This document shows positions 10,189 to 19,630 of a DNA stretch of 48,130 nt, in pieces. How positions within the stretch are numbered: position 1 is the stretch's first letter; the number at the start of each line of letters is the position of its first letter. The position numbers were made by a program, and so were the translations under genes. Below the pieces are notes generated by a model. That model was not told the origin of the DNA. It made no database searches and was given only the letters and a program-made list of their open reading frames with translations. Where the stretch lies: positions 1-48,130 of the forward strand of contig JANNWY010000182.1 of NCBI GenBank assembly GCA_031409335.1, read 5' to 3'. The stretch is from Chthoniobacteraceae bacterium (GTDB taxonomy: Bacteria; Verrucomicrobiota; Verrucomicrobiia; Chthoniobacterales; Chthoniobacteraceae).

Positions 10189-10233
10189 GCTGTCTAAGTC
10201 TGTGATTCTTTCAGCGCTGTTCGTGCTCGTCGA

Positions 10234-12267
10234 TTGGTTGTGTCCTCGTTAATCCTCTTCGTAATTGTCGCGGCGCAAAGTGCATTAATCCTCCTTTTCG
10301 GTGGATTGCGGGCCGCATTTTCCCTTCCCGCCTTTGCCTTACTTGCTGTCGGTGGTCTATTGACGCTGAGTCCCTTGCGGCACGTCCAGCACCGGACTCT
10401 CAGCCCGATCGCAATTCTCGCTGGAGCGCTCGCTTCTGGCTACATCCTGCTGCGCGGTTGGCTTTCACCTGACAGATACCTCGCGCGGGCGGACCTGTAT
10501 TTGGCGTTGGCTGCTCTGATAATCTACTCCGCCTTCTCACTCGTCATCACATCTCCCCGACAGCGAATGCAGTTCATTTACGTGATCCTAGCGATTGCAG
10601 CCGCTAGTGTCGGGGTCGCTGGAATTCAGTTCTTCAAGGGGCATAACTTTATGCCTTTCGGCTTTTTGCCGCGTGGAGACTACGGTGCGCGGGCAAGTGG
10701 CTTCTTTGGGTGCCCGAATCATCTGGCTGGCTTCCTCGAAGTAGCGATGCTATTTGCGCTTTCAATTGCCTGTTGGGGCCGCTCCAGTCTCCTGATTCGC
10801 ATTGTTATGGGATACGCCTCGGCGATGTGCGCTGCGGGCATTCTCCTGACAGGAAGTCGTGGCGGCTATGCGAGCACGATCACTGGCCTCGCTGCATTTG
10901 GCTTCATAAGCCTCTTGGTCGCCGGAAAATGGCTGCGTCGGGAGTTTTGGTACGCCACGGCGATTTCCGCTGTGCTGGGTGCAACCGCGGTTGGCTATGT
11001 GATCCAATCGGCGGTGCGAAAGAGTGAATTCCTTCAATATCGCGTCGAGTCGGCGAACTTGGACATCGGGGTTCGCGCGGATCTTGCGCGAGCGGCCTTC
11101 AAGCAATTCCAAATCAATCCATGGTTCGGCACCGGCAGCCGGACGTATCTCTATCATGGGAGGGAATTTCGCACTCAGCTCATCCTGGCGGACCCGATTT
11201 TCGCCCACAATGACTATGCCCAACTGCTCGGGGAATACGGATTGATTGGATTCGGCACGATGGCACTTTTCGTCGTGCTGCACTTGCGGAGCGGGTGGAA
11301 AACGCTGGCATCCGCCGCTGTTTCAAATGCTCCGAAAATCCGTGACCCACAGAGTAAACGGCGTTCCGAGAAGGGGTCGCGATCGCGGTCCGCGTGGCGT
11401 GCGGTGGAGGATGTCGAAGCCAAACGCCTCGAACAGGTTCAAGTGTCATTCAAGGGCAGTAATTCGATCGCTCTCACAGCCGCTGCGCTCGCCAGTGTTG
11501 CCGCCTACGCCGTGCATTCGCTGGTGGACTTCAATCTGCACATTCCAGCGAATGCCTGCATGATGGCGTTCGTGTTTGCGGTCCTGGTCAATCCGGGAGG
11601 CACCAGCACTCCGGGCAGCGCGGTGGACAACGGCAGTCTCAAAGCGAACCCATTGCTGCAAAGGGTTCCAGCGGCGTTCGGTTTGCCGTTGCTAACCCTG
11701 GCGATCCTTCATTGGCCCGGTGAATATTATGGCGAAAAAGCCAGGCGTTTGCTTTCGGATTGGCGACTGCTCGAATCCCCGGACCTAGCCGTTCGAGCCG
11801 AGGTGCTTTCGAAGAATGGATTGAAATACGACTCCAAAAACCCCGAGCTTCTTTACTATCTGGGCGAATCGCAATCGACCCAGGCGATGCTTACGGAAGA
11901 ACCGCAGGAAAAGAGCCGCCTTTGTGAGCAAGCGATCATTTCCTTTCAGCGCGCCGTGGAGCTGGCTCCGCGCGATGTGCGCTACGTGCTTTGTCTCGCA
12001 TGGTCCTTTGATGCTGCCAAACGCTTCGACGAAGCCGAACTGGTGCATCTGCGCGCCCTGCAGCTCGACCCGAATTCAAACAAAGTTCACGCTTCCTACG
12101 CCGCGCACTTCCAACAGCAGGGAAAACTGGAACAAGCGGAGGCCGAATACGCAACCGCCCTGAAGAAAGGGAATACCCCCCACGACGTTTGGAATCTACA
12201 GAACATCCAAAAGGAGATTCAGGAGAAAAAGTCGCGTGCGAATCCCGCCGTCACGCCTGCCAATTGA
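10234..12267 (+). CDS. O-antigen ligase (Wzy_C)-family membrane protein with C-terminal TPRs
   Basis: Many TMs, PNHLAG, TGSRGG, AHNDYAQLLGEYG, VHSLVDFNLH; TPR-like C-terminus (ALQLDPNS). Confidence 0.9.
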   Translation: MVVSSLILFVIVAAQSALILLFGGLRAAFSLPAFALLAVGGLLTLSPLRHVQHRTLSPIAILAGALASGYILLRGWLSPDRYLARADLYLALAALIIYSAFSLVITSPRQRMQFIYVILAIAAASVGVAGIQFFKGHNFMPFGFLPRGDYGARASGFFGCPNHLAGFLEVAMLFALSIACWGRSSLLIRIVMGYASAMCAAGILLTGSRGGYASTITGLAAFGFISLLVAGKWLRREFWYATAISAVLGATAVGYVIQSAVRKSEFLQYRVESANLDIGVRADLARAAFKQFQINPWFGTGSRTYLYHGREFRTQLILADPIFAHNDYAQLLGEYGLIGFGTMALFVVLHLRSGWKTLASAAVSNAPKIRDPQSKRRSEKGSRSRSAWRAVEDVEAKRLEQVQVSFKGSNSIALTAAALASVAAYAVHSLVDFNLHIPANACMMAFVFAVLVNPGGTSTPGSAVDNGSLKANPLLQRVPAAFGLPLLTLAILHWPGEYYGEKARRLLSDWRLLESPDLAVRAEVLSKNGLKYDSKNPELLYYLGESQSTQAMLTEEPQEKSRLCEQAIISFQRAVELAPRDVRYVLCLAWSFDAAKRFDEAELVHLRALQLDPNSNKVHASYAAHFQQQGKLEQAEAEYATALKKGNTPHDVWNLQNIQKEIQEKKSRANPAVTPAN

Positions 12268-12286
12268 CGAAGTGGGCCAAACCACG

Positions 12287-13807
12287 TCACCGAATGGGTG
12301 GAACTGGTGATTCCAGTGCCTGCCTGACGCGGCTCGCAAGCCGTTCGTAGTCGATCGCACCAGTGACGCGATTTCCATTCAGGAAAAGCGCGGGCACTCC
12401 TTCGAGCCCGCTCGCGGCAGCGTCGGCGCGGCTGGCCTCCACGGCAGCGCGGGCTCGGTCTGATTTTCGGCATTCCTCAAACTGCGCTTGATCCAGCTTT
12501 AGCCCAGCGGCGATCGCTGCGAGGCGCGTATCACCGAGGTCGCCGCCTTCGGCGTTAAGTTTGTCGTGATATTCCCAAAACGCGCCCTGCTCGGCGGCGC
12601 ACTCCGCGGCAATCGCCGCTGGCACGGCTCGCGCATGTGATTCCACCGGGAAGTGCCGGTAGGCGAGCATCACATCATTCGGAAAATCGGCGCGAATCTT
12701 CTTCAACACCGTCGCAAGCCCCTTGCAGAATTCGCACTGGAAATCCGAAAAAACGACGAGTTGCACCTTCGCATCGCGTGGGCCGATGATTTTTGCCTTC
12801 GTGAGATCGATCTCCAGCGCCCGGATTTTCGGTTGTTCCAGCAGCACCGCGATGCGATGCCCGCGCGCCAGTTCCTCCAGATAAGTCACCCGTTCCTGCT
12901 CTCTCGATTCCTCCAGCAACTCGTCCTTCACGCGCGCCACATTGTCGGGCGTATTAGGAAGGCCCTTGCTGGAAAGTCGCGCCGCGATTGCCTCGTAGGC
13001 TGGCGCTTTTACAGCGGCAAGGCGCGCGGCCAGCACCGCCGACGCGTCGGTTTTCGTTCTCGCGGTTTCCGCCGCCAGCAGGGCGCCGTCCACCTTTCTC
13101 CGCACCCAATCGAACTCCAATTCATACACCGACTGCTGGAGCGGCTGAAGCGACGCGCCCAGTTCTTCCTCCATTTGCTCGCGCGTGAACTTCTGCCCGT
13201 CCACCACCGCCAGCACGTCGCTTTTCACCGCAGCACGGGGCAGCAGTTGCGCCACCGCCGGGATCAGCGTGAAAACCGCGAGCGCCAGCGCCGCCGCTGG
13301 GCGACCCGAAAAGGCCGCGTCCGTCGCGCGGCCCTCAGCCATGGCGGACGCGACCGCGAGTGAAATCATCGTCGCTGCCGACGCCGTGCAGAGCGGGCAA
13401 AATGCGTGGAGCACGCCAAACTGGATGAACATCAGCACCGCCGAAGCGCTCGCGCCCATCACCGAAATCCAAAGGACGCCACCCACGCAGCGACCGCGCG
13501 CTGCCGTCCGGGAAGTCCCGTACGCGGCCAACAGCAGCGCCAGCAGGAGCGAATAGATCGCCACCCCGAGCCGCGGCAGCGGCACCCCGAGCACCGACGC
13601 ATACTTGCTCGAAAGCACCGTTTCGCAGCTCGCCTGCACCGGACAGAACAGCGTCGGCAAGCCAGCGTGCTGCTGCACCAGCAGGATCGAAATCGACAAC
13701 CCGAGCCACGCCAGCGCGCAGCACATCAGGATCGCCCCCTCCGCACCACCGCGCCGGGGCGAGCCGGGACCATTTGGGAGCGTTGATGTCTGATCGTTAT
13801 TGGCCAT
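12287..13807 (-). CDS. VKOR-DsbA fusion disulfide-bond formation protein
   Basis: VKOR CPVQASC..VLSS and CPLC; DsbA FSDFQCEFC, RHFP, GVPALFLNG. Confidence 0.88.
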   Translation of the reverse strand: MANNDQTSTLPNGPGSPRRGGAEGAILMCCALAWLGLSISILLVQQHAGLPTLFCPVQASCETVLSSKYASVLGVPLPRLGVAIYSLLLALLLAAYGTSRTAARGRCVGGVLWISVMGASASAVLMFIQFGVLHAFCPLCTASAATMISLAVASAMAEGRATDAAFSGRPAAALALAVFTLIPAVAQLLPRAAVKSDVLAVVDGQKFTREQMEEELGASLQPLQQSVYELEFDWVRRKVDGALLAAETARTKTDASAVLAARLAAVKAPAYEAIAARLSSKGLPNTPDNVARVKDELLEESREQERVTYLEELARGHRIAVLLEQPKIRALEIDLTKAKIIGPRDAKVQLVVFSDFQCEFCKGLATVLKKIRADFPNDVMLAYRHFPVESHARAVPAAIAAECAAEQGAFWEYHDKLNAEGGDLGDTRLAAIAAGLKLDQAQFEECRKSDRARAAVEASRADAAASGLEGVPALFLNGNRVTGAIDYERLASRVRQALESPVPPIR

Positions 13808-13959
13808 AAAGGATCGGCGTTTATCCGCAGCGTCGATCGCGATCGAGTGCGCTGCGTTCACGCATATCGGCCGGGATCGCATCCGTCAAACCGGCGCACG
13901 AATCGCGTAACGAGGAATTACTTGCCAACACGCGAAACCTCCCGCATTTCAAGCGCCCT

Positions 13960-14874
13960 ATGTCCGTCCTAGTCGTTGGTTCCATCGCGCTCGATACCGT
14001 CAAAACTCCCGTCGAAGAACACGCCGACCTCCTTGGCGGCTCCGCATCTTACGCAGCCGTGGGCGCGAGCTTTTTCTCCCCGGTCAATATGGTCGGCGTC
14101 GTTGGCGATGACTTCCCGCCCGCGCACATCGAGTATTTCAAATCCCGCAAGATCGACCTCGGCGGCCTTCAGACAGTGAAAGGAAAAACCTTCCGCTGGT
14201 CCGGCGAATACATGTGGGACCTCAACACCCGCGAGACCCGCAGCGTCGAACTCAACGTCTTCGAGCATTTCACCCCCACGCTCCCGGCCGGCTACGACGC
14301 CACGCCCTACGTCCTCCTCGCAAACATCGGGCCGAGTCTGCAAAGCCACGTCCTCGATCAGATGCAGCCCGCCAAATTCGTCATCGCCGACACGATGGAC
14401 CTCTGGATCAACATCGCCAAGCCCGACCTCCTCGCCCTCATCAAGCGCGTGGACATGCTCATCCTCAATGACGGCGAAGCCCGCCAGCTCACCGGCCTCA
14501 CCAGCCTCATCAAAGCCGGCGCCGCCATCCGCGCCATGGGTCCGCGCTTTGTCGCCATCAAAAAGGGCGAACACGGCTGCCTCCTTTTCGGCAACGATCA
14601 ATTTTTCTCCTGCCCCGCCTATCCGCTCGAAGACATCCACGACCCCACCGGCGCGGGCGACACCTTCGCCGGCGGCCTCGCGGGCTGGCTCGCCGCGCAG
14701 GGCGGCGAGATCACCTTCGAGCTCCTGCGCAAAGCCGTGGTCTATGGCAGTGTGCTCGCCAGCTTTAACGTTGAACGCTTCAGCCTCGAACGCATGCGCA
14801 CCCTCAGCGACGACGCTGTCGCCGAGCGCTATGAAATGTTCCGCTTGATGAGCCACTTCGAGGTCATCGACTAG
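13960..14874 (+). CDS. PfkB-family carbohydrate/nucleoside kinase
   Basis: GSIALD, GGSA, DPTGAGDTFAGG signature. Confidence 0.92.
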   Translation: MSVLVVGSIALDTVKTPVEEHADLLGGSASYAAVGASFFSPVNMVGVVGDDFPPAHIEYFKSRKIDLGGLQTVKGKTFRWSGEYMWDLNTRETRSVELNVFEHFTPTLPAGYDATPYVLLANIGPSLQSHVLDQMQPAKFVIADTMDLWINIAKPDLLALIKRVDMLILNDGEARQLTGLTSLIKAGAAIRAMGPRFVAIKKGEHGCLLFGNDQFFSCPAYPLEDIHDPTGAGDTFAGGLAGWLAAQGGEITFELLRKAVVYGSVLASFNVERFSLERMRTLSDDAVAERYEMFRLMSHFEVID

Positions 14875-14984
14875 GGTCGGCTCTGCGGAAGCTTTGCCTC
14901 TGCGCGAGGCGGATTTGGTCATCACTTTGGGGGCCGCCAAGGTACGTTTCCCGCTACATTCATCGGTGGCTTAATCACGTCGCG

Positions 14985-15608
14985 ATGCGCATCCGAAACT
15001 CAATCTTCTCTGGCCAAATGGGACCGCGGCGGACCGCGTTCGGGAGCGGATTCGCACCCGCGCCACCCTTCCCATCGACAGAAACCGCTGCGCGCACTTT
15101 GCGCAGCCAGAGCGGCTTTACGCTTTTGGAAACGCTGGTTGCCACTGCCATCGTCGCGATCGGCTTTCTCGGCTCGCTGGCGACCGTCTCGCAGGCGGGC
15201 CGTCTCGCTTCCGCCGCGGAGGAGGATGCGCTCGCTTCCTCCGCACTCGACCAGCGCATGGACCAGCTCCGCCTTTTGGAATGGGACGAAATCACCAGCA
15301 CCGCAGGCGTCACCACGAATATCTGGATCGCCCGCCCGTCGGCAATGGCGGGCATCACCGTCGCCCAGGAGACCATCGCCATTTCCGCCTATGATGTCGT
15401 GGGTGCCAAAATCCTGGACGGAACTTGGGACGATGGATCGGGACCGGCCGCCACGCTCGGCGGCGGTGGCCCGGATTTGAGCACGGCCGGCGCGGTGAAA
15501 ATCGTCGCGACCATCACCTGGGCTGGACGCCGCTGGGGGCGGCAGCAAACGCGCGCGATCGTCTCAGTGATTTCAAGGGGAGGAATTTCAAAAAGTGATC
15601 TTCCCTAG
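14985..15608 (+). CDS. Type IV minor pilin/pseudopilin (PilV-like); start uncertain
   Basis: Class III signal G|FTLLETLVA followed by hydrophobic helix. Confidence 0.82.
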   Translation: MRIRNSIFSGQMGPRRTAFGSGFAPAPPFPSTETAARTLRSQSGFTLLETLVATAIVAIGFLGSLATVSQAGRLASAAEEDALASSALDQRMDQLRLLEWDEITSTAGVTTNIWIARPSAMAGITVAQETIAISAYDVVGAKILDGTWDDGSGPAATLGGGGPDLSTAGAVKIVATITWAGRRWGRQQTRAIVSVISRGGISKSDLP

Positions 15609-16227
15609 CACGCACGGGCGTCCCGCAGGTTTCACCCTCGTCGAACTCATCGTCGGGATGGGCGTCTTCGGCGTGTTCTCCGCGGGGCTCATGGTGGCGT
15701 GGACGGCGCTGCAGGCGAACGCCGTGAACGCCGCCACCTACAGCCATCGCCAGAGTGACCAAATGCGGGTGATCGACTATCTCAAGCGCGACATCCGGCG
15801 GGCCTCGGCGGTCGAAATTTACAACGGTGGGACCGTCGTTGCCGGGTCGAATCCAGGGACGGAATTGGCACTCACCGTGCCGGACTACTACGCGGATGCG
15901 CGGGAAGACGACAACGCCATCGGTTCGAGCACGCCGAACAATCCCACGCTTTCCGCAACGGCGGTCAGCTACGGCGGGACCATGCTCGTCCGCTACTACG
16001 TCACGGGCGGAGCGATCATTCGCGAAGAGGCGGGCATCCAGCGGCCCATCGCGGATGCGAACGGCGCGTTCGTGCTTTCGTTTCGCTGGGAGACCGACGG
16101 GGATATCCTGTCGCAGATTTTTTACAATCAGCCGTTGAGCGGCAGTGGCAGCCAAACGCTTCGACGCCAGGTCGATATCGTTGGCCGTCAGCGTTCCGAC
16201 CTTCAGGCCAGTTCCAGCGCCATGTGA
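15595..16227 (+). CDS. Type IV minor pilin/pseudopilin (PilW/GspJ-like)
   Basis: G|FTLVELIV; DYLKRDIRRA. Confidence 0.85.
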   Translation: MIFPSTHGRPAGFTLVELIVGMGVFGVFSAGLMVAWTALQANAVNAATYSHRQSDQMRVIDYLKRDIRRASAVEIYNGGTVVAGSNPGTELALTVPDYYADAREDDNAIGSSTPNNPTLSATAVSYGGTMLVRYYVTGGAIIREEAGIQRPIADANGAFVLSFRWETDGDILSQIFYNQPLSGSGSQTLRRQVDIVGRQRSDLQASSSAM

Positions 16228-17699
16228 TGATCTCCGCCAACCTAATACCCCGCATCCGTTCCGCCGCCGCGCAGCAGTCCGCTTCCGCCGTCATCGGCGC
16301 GCTCGCGGTGCTCGCTGTCACGCTCATTCTCGTCGGCACCGCGCTCAACTTCGCGAGCCAGGGCTTTCGCACCAGCCACCACTCTTCACGCTGGGCCCAG
16401 GCCTCGCACGCCGCCGAAGCCGGTGCAGAAATCGCATTGATGACCGCGCAAAAGAACTCGTGGACCGCCGACGGCTGGTCGGGCGCACCGGGGGCGACCG
16501 GTGCCGCAGCCGTGACGAAGTCCGTCACGCTTTCCACCGATGTGCCCGGGACCGGGTCGATCGGTACGGCGATCGCCGTGGATACCATCACGATGGGCAG
16601 CACCGACTGGCTTCGCATCCGGGCCACTGGCAACGCGGACCTCTCCGGCGGAGCGATCGCCGGCAGCGACACGCGCGACTCGATGCTCCGCAAACTCAGC
16701 CTGCGGAAGGATCGCAAGAGCGGGACCGTGCTCACGACTCCCCGCGCCAGCCGGACCGTCGAGATCCTCGCCGCGCCAAAGGCAGCGATGCCCTTCAAGC
16801 ATGCCTTTGTCTCGAAGGCCGTGCTCGACCTTCAGGCGCTGACGACATCGGACAGCTACGATTCGACCGACCCGGCAAAGTCGGACTACGCCCCTTTCAC
16901 CTACTACGGCGTATATGACGCGGCGAAAAAACAGAGTAACGGCGACATCGCCACCACCGACGCCACGCTGCCCTGGAATCTGAACGACGCGTACATTTCG
17001 GGCGACATTCTCACGCCAAACGGCACCGTGAATCAGACCACCAATGTGAGCGGAGCCATCAACAGCGGGCTCACCTACAACTTCCCCGACGAAGTCTCGC
17101 CAGACTGGACGACCGTGACGCAAAACCACGGCGCGGTGAACAACACGAGCGCGGCCATCGTCGGAGGCACGGAGGCAAGCCCGACGCTGCATCAATTCGA
17201 CAGCATCAATCTCACCAACGCCAACACCGCGATCACGATCAACCACCCCGCCGGCGAAACCGAGAGCTGGGTCGAAATCTGGGTCACTGGCGACACCTAC
17301 ATCGATGGGGTAAATCTGACCGGCATCAATCTTGCCCCCGGCGTGCATGCGACGGTTCATTTTGGCGGACGCGTCGAGGTGAAAGGCGGCGGCGGTGGCT
17401 ACGGCATCAAGAACGGCAGCCAGTTGCCATCGAGCCTCGTCATCCACGCCTACGGCGGCAGCAGCGGCGCCCCCAAGGATTTCATCCTCGCGAATTCGGA
17501 CTTTTGGGGAGTCGTTTCGGCACCTTGGTACCAGTTGAAATTCGACATGGCCGGCAAGGACGCCTACGGCTCCTTCCTCGGGTGGAAAGTCGATGCCACC
17601 GATGGCACCCGTTTTCACTACGACGAATCGCTCTCGACGCTCACCCATGGCGAAGGCCCGGGTTATTCGGTCCGCAGTTGGGTCGAGGCAGTCCGGTAA
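16224..17699 (+). CDS. PilX/GspK-like large minor pilin with beta-rich C-domain
   Basis: Hydrophobic N-helix lacking Glu5, AAEAGAE.AL, DSYDS, FHYDESL, SWVE end; overlaps upstream gene. Confidence 0.8.
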   Translation: MMISANLIPRIRSAAAQQSASAVIGALAVLAVTLILVGTALNFASQGFRTSHHSSRWAQASHAAEAGAEIALMTAQKNSWTADGWSGAPGATGAAAVTKSVTLSTDVPGTGSIGTAIAVDTITMGSTDWLRIRATGNADLSGGAIAGSDTRDSMLRKLSLRKDRKSGTVLTTPRASRTVEILAAPKAAMPFKHAFVSKAVLDLQALTTSDSYDSTDPAKSDYAPFTYYGVYDAAKKQSNGDIATTDATLPWNLNDAYISGDILTPNGTVNQTTNVSGAINSGLTYNFPDEVSPDWTTVTQNHGAVNNTSAAIVGGTEASPTLHQFDSINLTNANTAITINHPAGETESWVEIWVTGDTYIDGVNLTGINLAPGVHATVHFGGRVEVKGGGGGYGIKNGSQLPSSLVIHAYGGSSGAPKDFILANSDFWGVVSAPWYQLKFDMAGKDAYGSFLGWKVDATDGTRFHYDESLSTLTHGEGPGYSVRSWVEAVR

Positions 17700-17702
17700 A
17701 CT

Positions 17703-18272
17703 TTACCGTCTCGCGAGGGTCGAAAGATTGATCACTGCCGTGCGCTTCGCGGGATTTGCAGAATCCCTGCGAACCGCAAAATCCAGCACCCTCACGTGCG
17801 GCTCCGCCTGTTCGAGTTCGCCGACCGCCATCAGCACTTTGCCAAATTCCACCGTCCCATCCTGGATCGGCAGATCGACCGCCCAATAGCTCCGCTGGTA
17901 CCCGGGCAGCTCCGGCTCGGGCCTCACCGTGTTCAATCGCGTCACCGCGTCCGCGATGCCAAATCGCCGGAAGTATCCCTTCAGATTTTCAGGAAACCAC
18001 ACCATCGCCGATGCCGCGGCACGTTGCCGATTCCACCGGACCAACTCCGCGCGCGCACCAGACGCCCGCCGTTCCATCTCCTGGGTTTCCTTGATCCGCT
18101 TTTTTGCATTTTCAACATTGCCGCGCAGCTCCGCGATGCGGCGCTGATTCTCCGCGCCACGCTCGCGCAGGGGCACGATCGAGCCGCGGTAAAATCCCCC
18201 GGCCACCATGGCCAGCAGCAGCGTCCCACACACCCATCCGCCCGCGCTGGATCGTTCGGGTTTTTCGATCAT
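17703..18272 (-). CDS. PilO/GspM-like inner-membrane protein
   Basis: N-terminal TM, coiled coil, C-terminal alpha/beta domain (FGKVLMAVGELEQAEPHVRV). Confidence 0.65.
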   Translation of the reverse strand: MIEKPERSSAGGWVCGTLLLAMVAGGFYRGSIVPLRERGAENQRRIAELRGNVENAKKRIKETQEMERRASGARAELVRWNRQRAAASAMVWFPENLKGYFRRFGIADAVTRLNTVRPEPELPGYQRSYWAVDLPIQDGTVEFGKVLMAVGELEQAEPHVRVLDFAVRRDSANPAKRTAVINLSTLARR

Positions 18273-19516
18273 CGACTTGCACTCGCCTTCCCCGGCAGCG
18301 CCTCCTTTGCTCCGATCGCGGCCACGATCGTAAATTTCGACTTGCGCTGGTTCGGCGCGGTCGCGGGCAAATGCGGCTCGTCTTCAAGACTCTCGAAACG
18401 CACCGTGGCCGAGCCCTTGATCGAGTGGCGCTCGATGTGGGCGGAGAGCGCGTGGAGGAAACTGTCCGCAGTCACTCGCGGCGCTGGGCTGGTCGAAATG
18501 CCTGTGATGCGCAGTTCGCATGCTCCCGGATCGCCCGGCCTGCCCTTCGCTTGCACGTCCAGGATCGCGATCTCGGGACTGGCAGCCGTCGCCACGTCCC
18601 GCAAGGCGGCCGCCCATCGCGGTGCCGCGCGATCTTCCGCGAGCCGATCCGGGCGTTTCAAAAGCGCCTCGATCCCAGCCCGCGCCGTCTCGACATCGCG
18701 CTGTTGTTTCGTCGCGCCCTCCCACTGTCCCTCGAGCACCAGCACTTCCCCGGATGACACCGCTACCTCATCCCGCAGCGCCCCGTGCCAGCGCGTGGCA
18801 AACGCCGCGAGCGCGACAAAAACGGACAATCCTACGAACCCCGTGACGCCCCTCCGCAGCTTCCGATTTCGCGGACTCGATGCCACAGATTCCTCCGCGG
18901 CGATGGTGGGAATGGCGCCCCTCAGCGGCCAAACATTCTGCGGCACCGGCGTGGCGGCGATTGGATCCGGCGCGGAACGCGGCTCCGCTCTCGCCGCGCG
19001 CGTCCCCGGCGACACCGCAAATCGCCCGCGGTTTTCGACGAACCGGATGGTCTCCAAAAGATCAGCGAGCGGCAGCGGCTTCAGGATCCCGCAGCCCTTT
19101 ACGCTTTTGATGAATTCGTTCGCCTCCGCATTTCCTCCGAGTCCGGTCATAAACACGAAACGCTCGCAAAGATGGGGCCGCGCCTCCTCGACCGCGTGAT
19201 AGAATTCATCGCCGGGCATTCCCGGCATCATCATGTCGCAAACGATGACATCGAAATCGCGCGCCTGCACTTCGAAGACACCCTCCAGTCCGCTATGGAC
19301 GACCACCACCGAATAGCCGTTCTCGCTGAGGAAATCGCGAATGATGTCGTTGAAAAAAATGTCGTCTTCGAGCACCAGCACGCTCTTCGCGCCGACTGCC
19401 GTGCTGTCCTTCACCCCGCCATGCGAAACGTCCCCGCGGCCGCCATCCATTTCGGGATTTCCGGGCAACAGTCCGCACGACGCAGCGGGTTCACTTGTAG
19501 CGGGGCCATTTCTCAA
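18269..19516 (-). CDS. Receiver domain fused to TM + PilN/GspL-like periplasmic domain (start uncertain)
   Basis: REC: VLVLEDD, CDMMMPGMPG, FMTG, KP; then TM, coiled coil and ELRITG; 4-bp overlap with the PilO-like gene. Confidence 0.75.
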   Translation of the reverse strand: MRNGPATSEPAASCGLLPGNPEMDGGRGDVSHGGVKDSTAVGAKSVLVLEDDIFFNDIIRDFLSENGYSVVVVHSGLEGVFEVQARDFDVIVCDMMMPGMPGDEFYHAVEEARPHLCERFVFMTGLGGNAEANEFIKSVKGCGILKPLPLADLLETIRFVENRGRFAVSPGTRAARAEPRSAPDPIAATPVPQNVWPLRGAIPTIAAEESVASSPRNRKLRRGVTGFVGLSVFVALAAFATRWHGALRDEVAVSSGEVLVLEGQWEGATKQQRDVETARAGIEALLKRPDRLAEDRAAPRWAAALRDVATAASPEIAILDVQAKGRPGDPGACELRITGISTSPAPRVTADSFLHALSAHIERHSIKGSATVRFESLEDEPHLPATAPNQRKSKFTIVAAIGAKEALPGKASASR

Positions 19517-19630
19517 TTGTAAGACAGTGTTTTCCGGGGAGACGATTTTATCGACTCATCGCGCCCGAAGCCGTGAGAACGCAGGAAACATGCCCGAAAC
19601 TCCCCGCGGCCGGGAGCCCTGCTACGCGGA

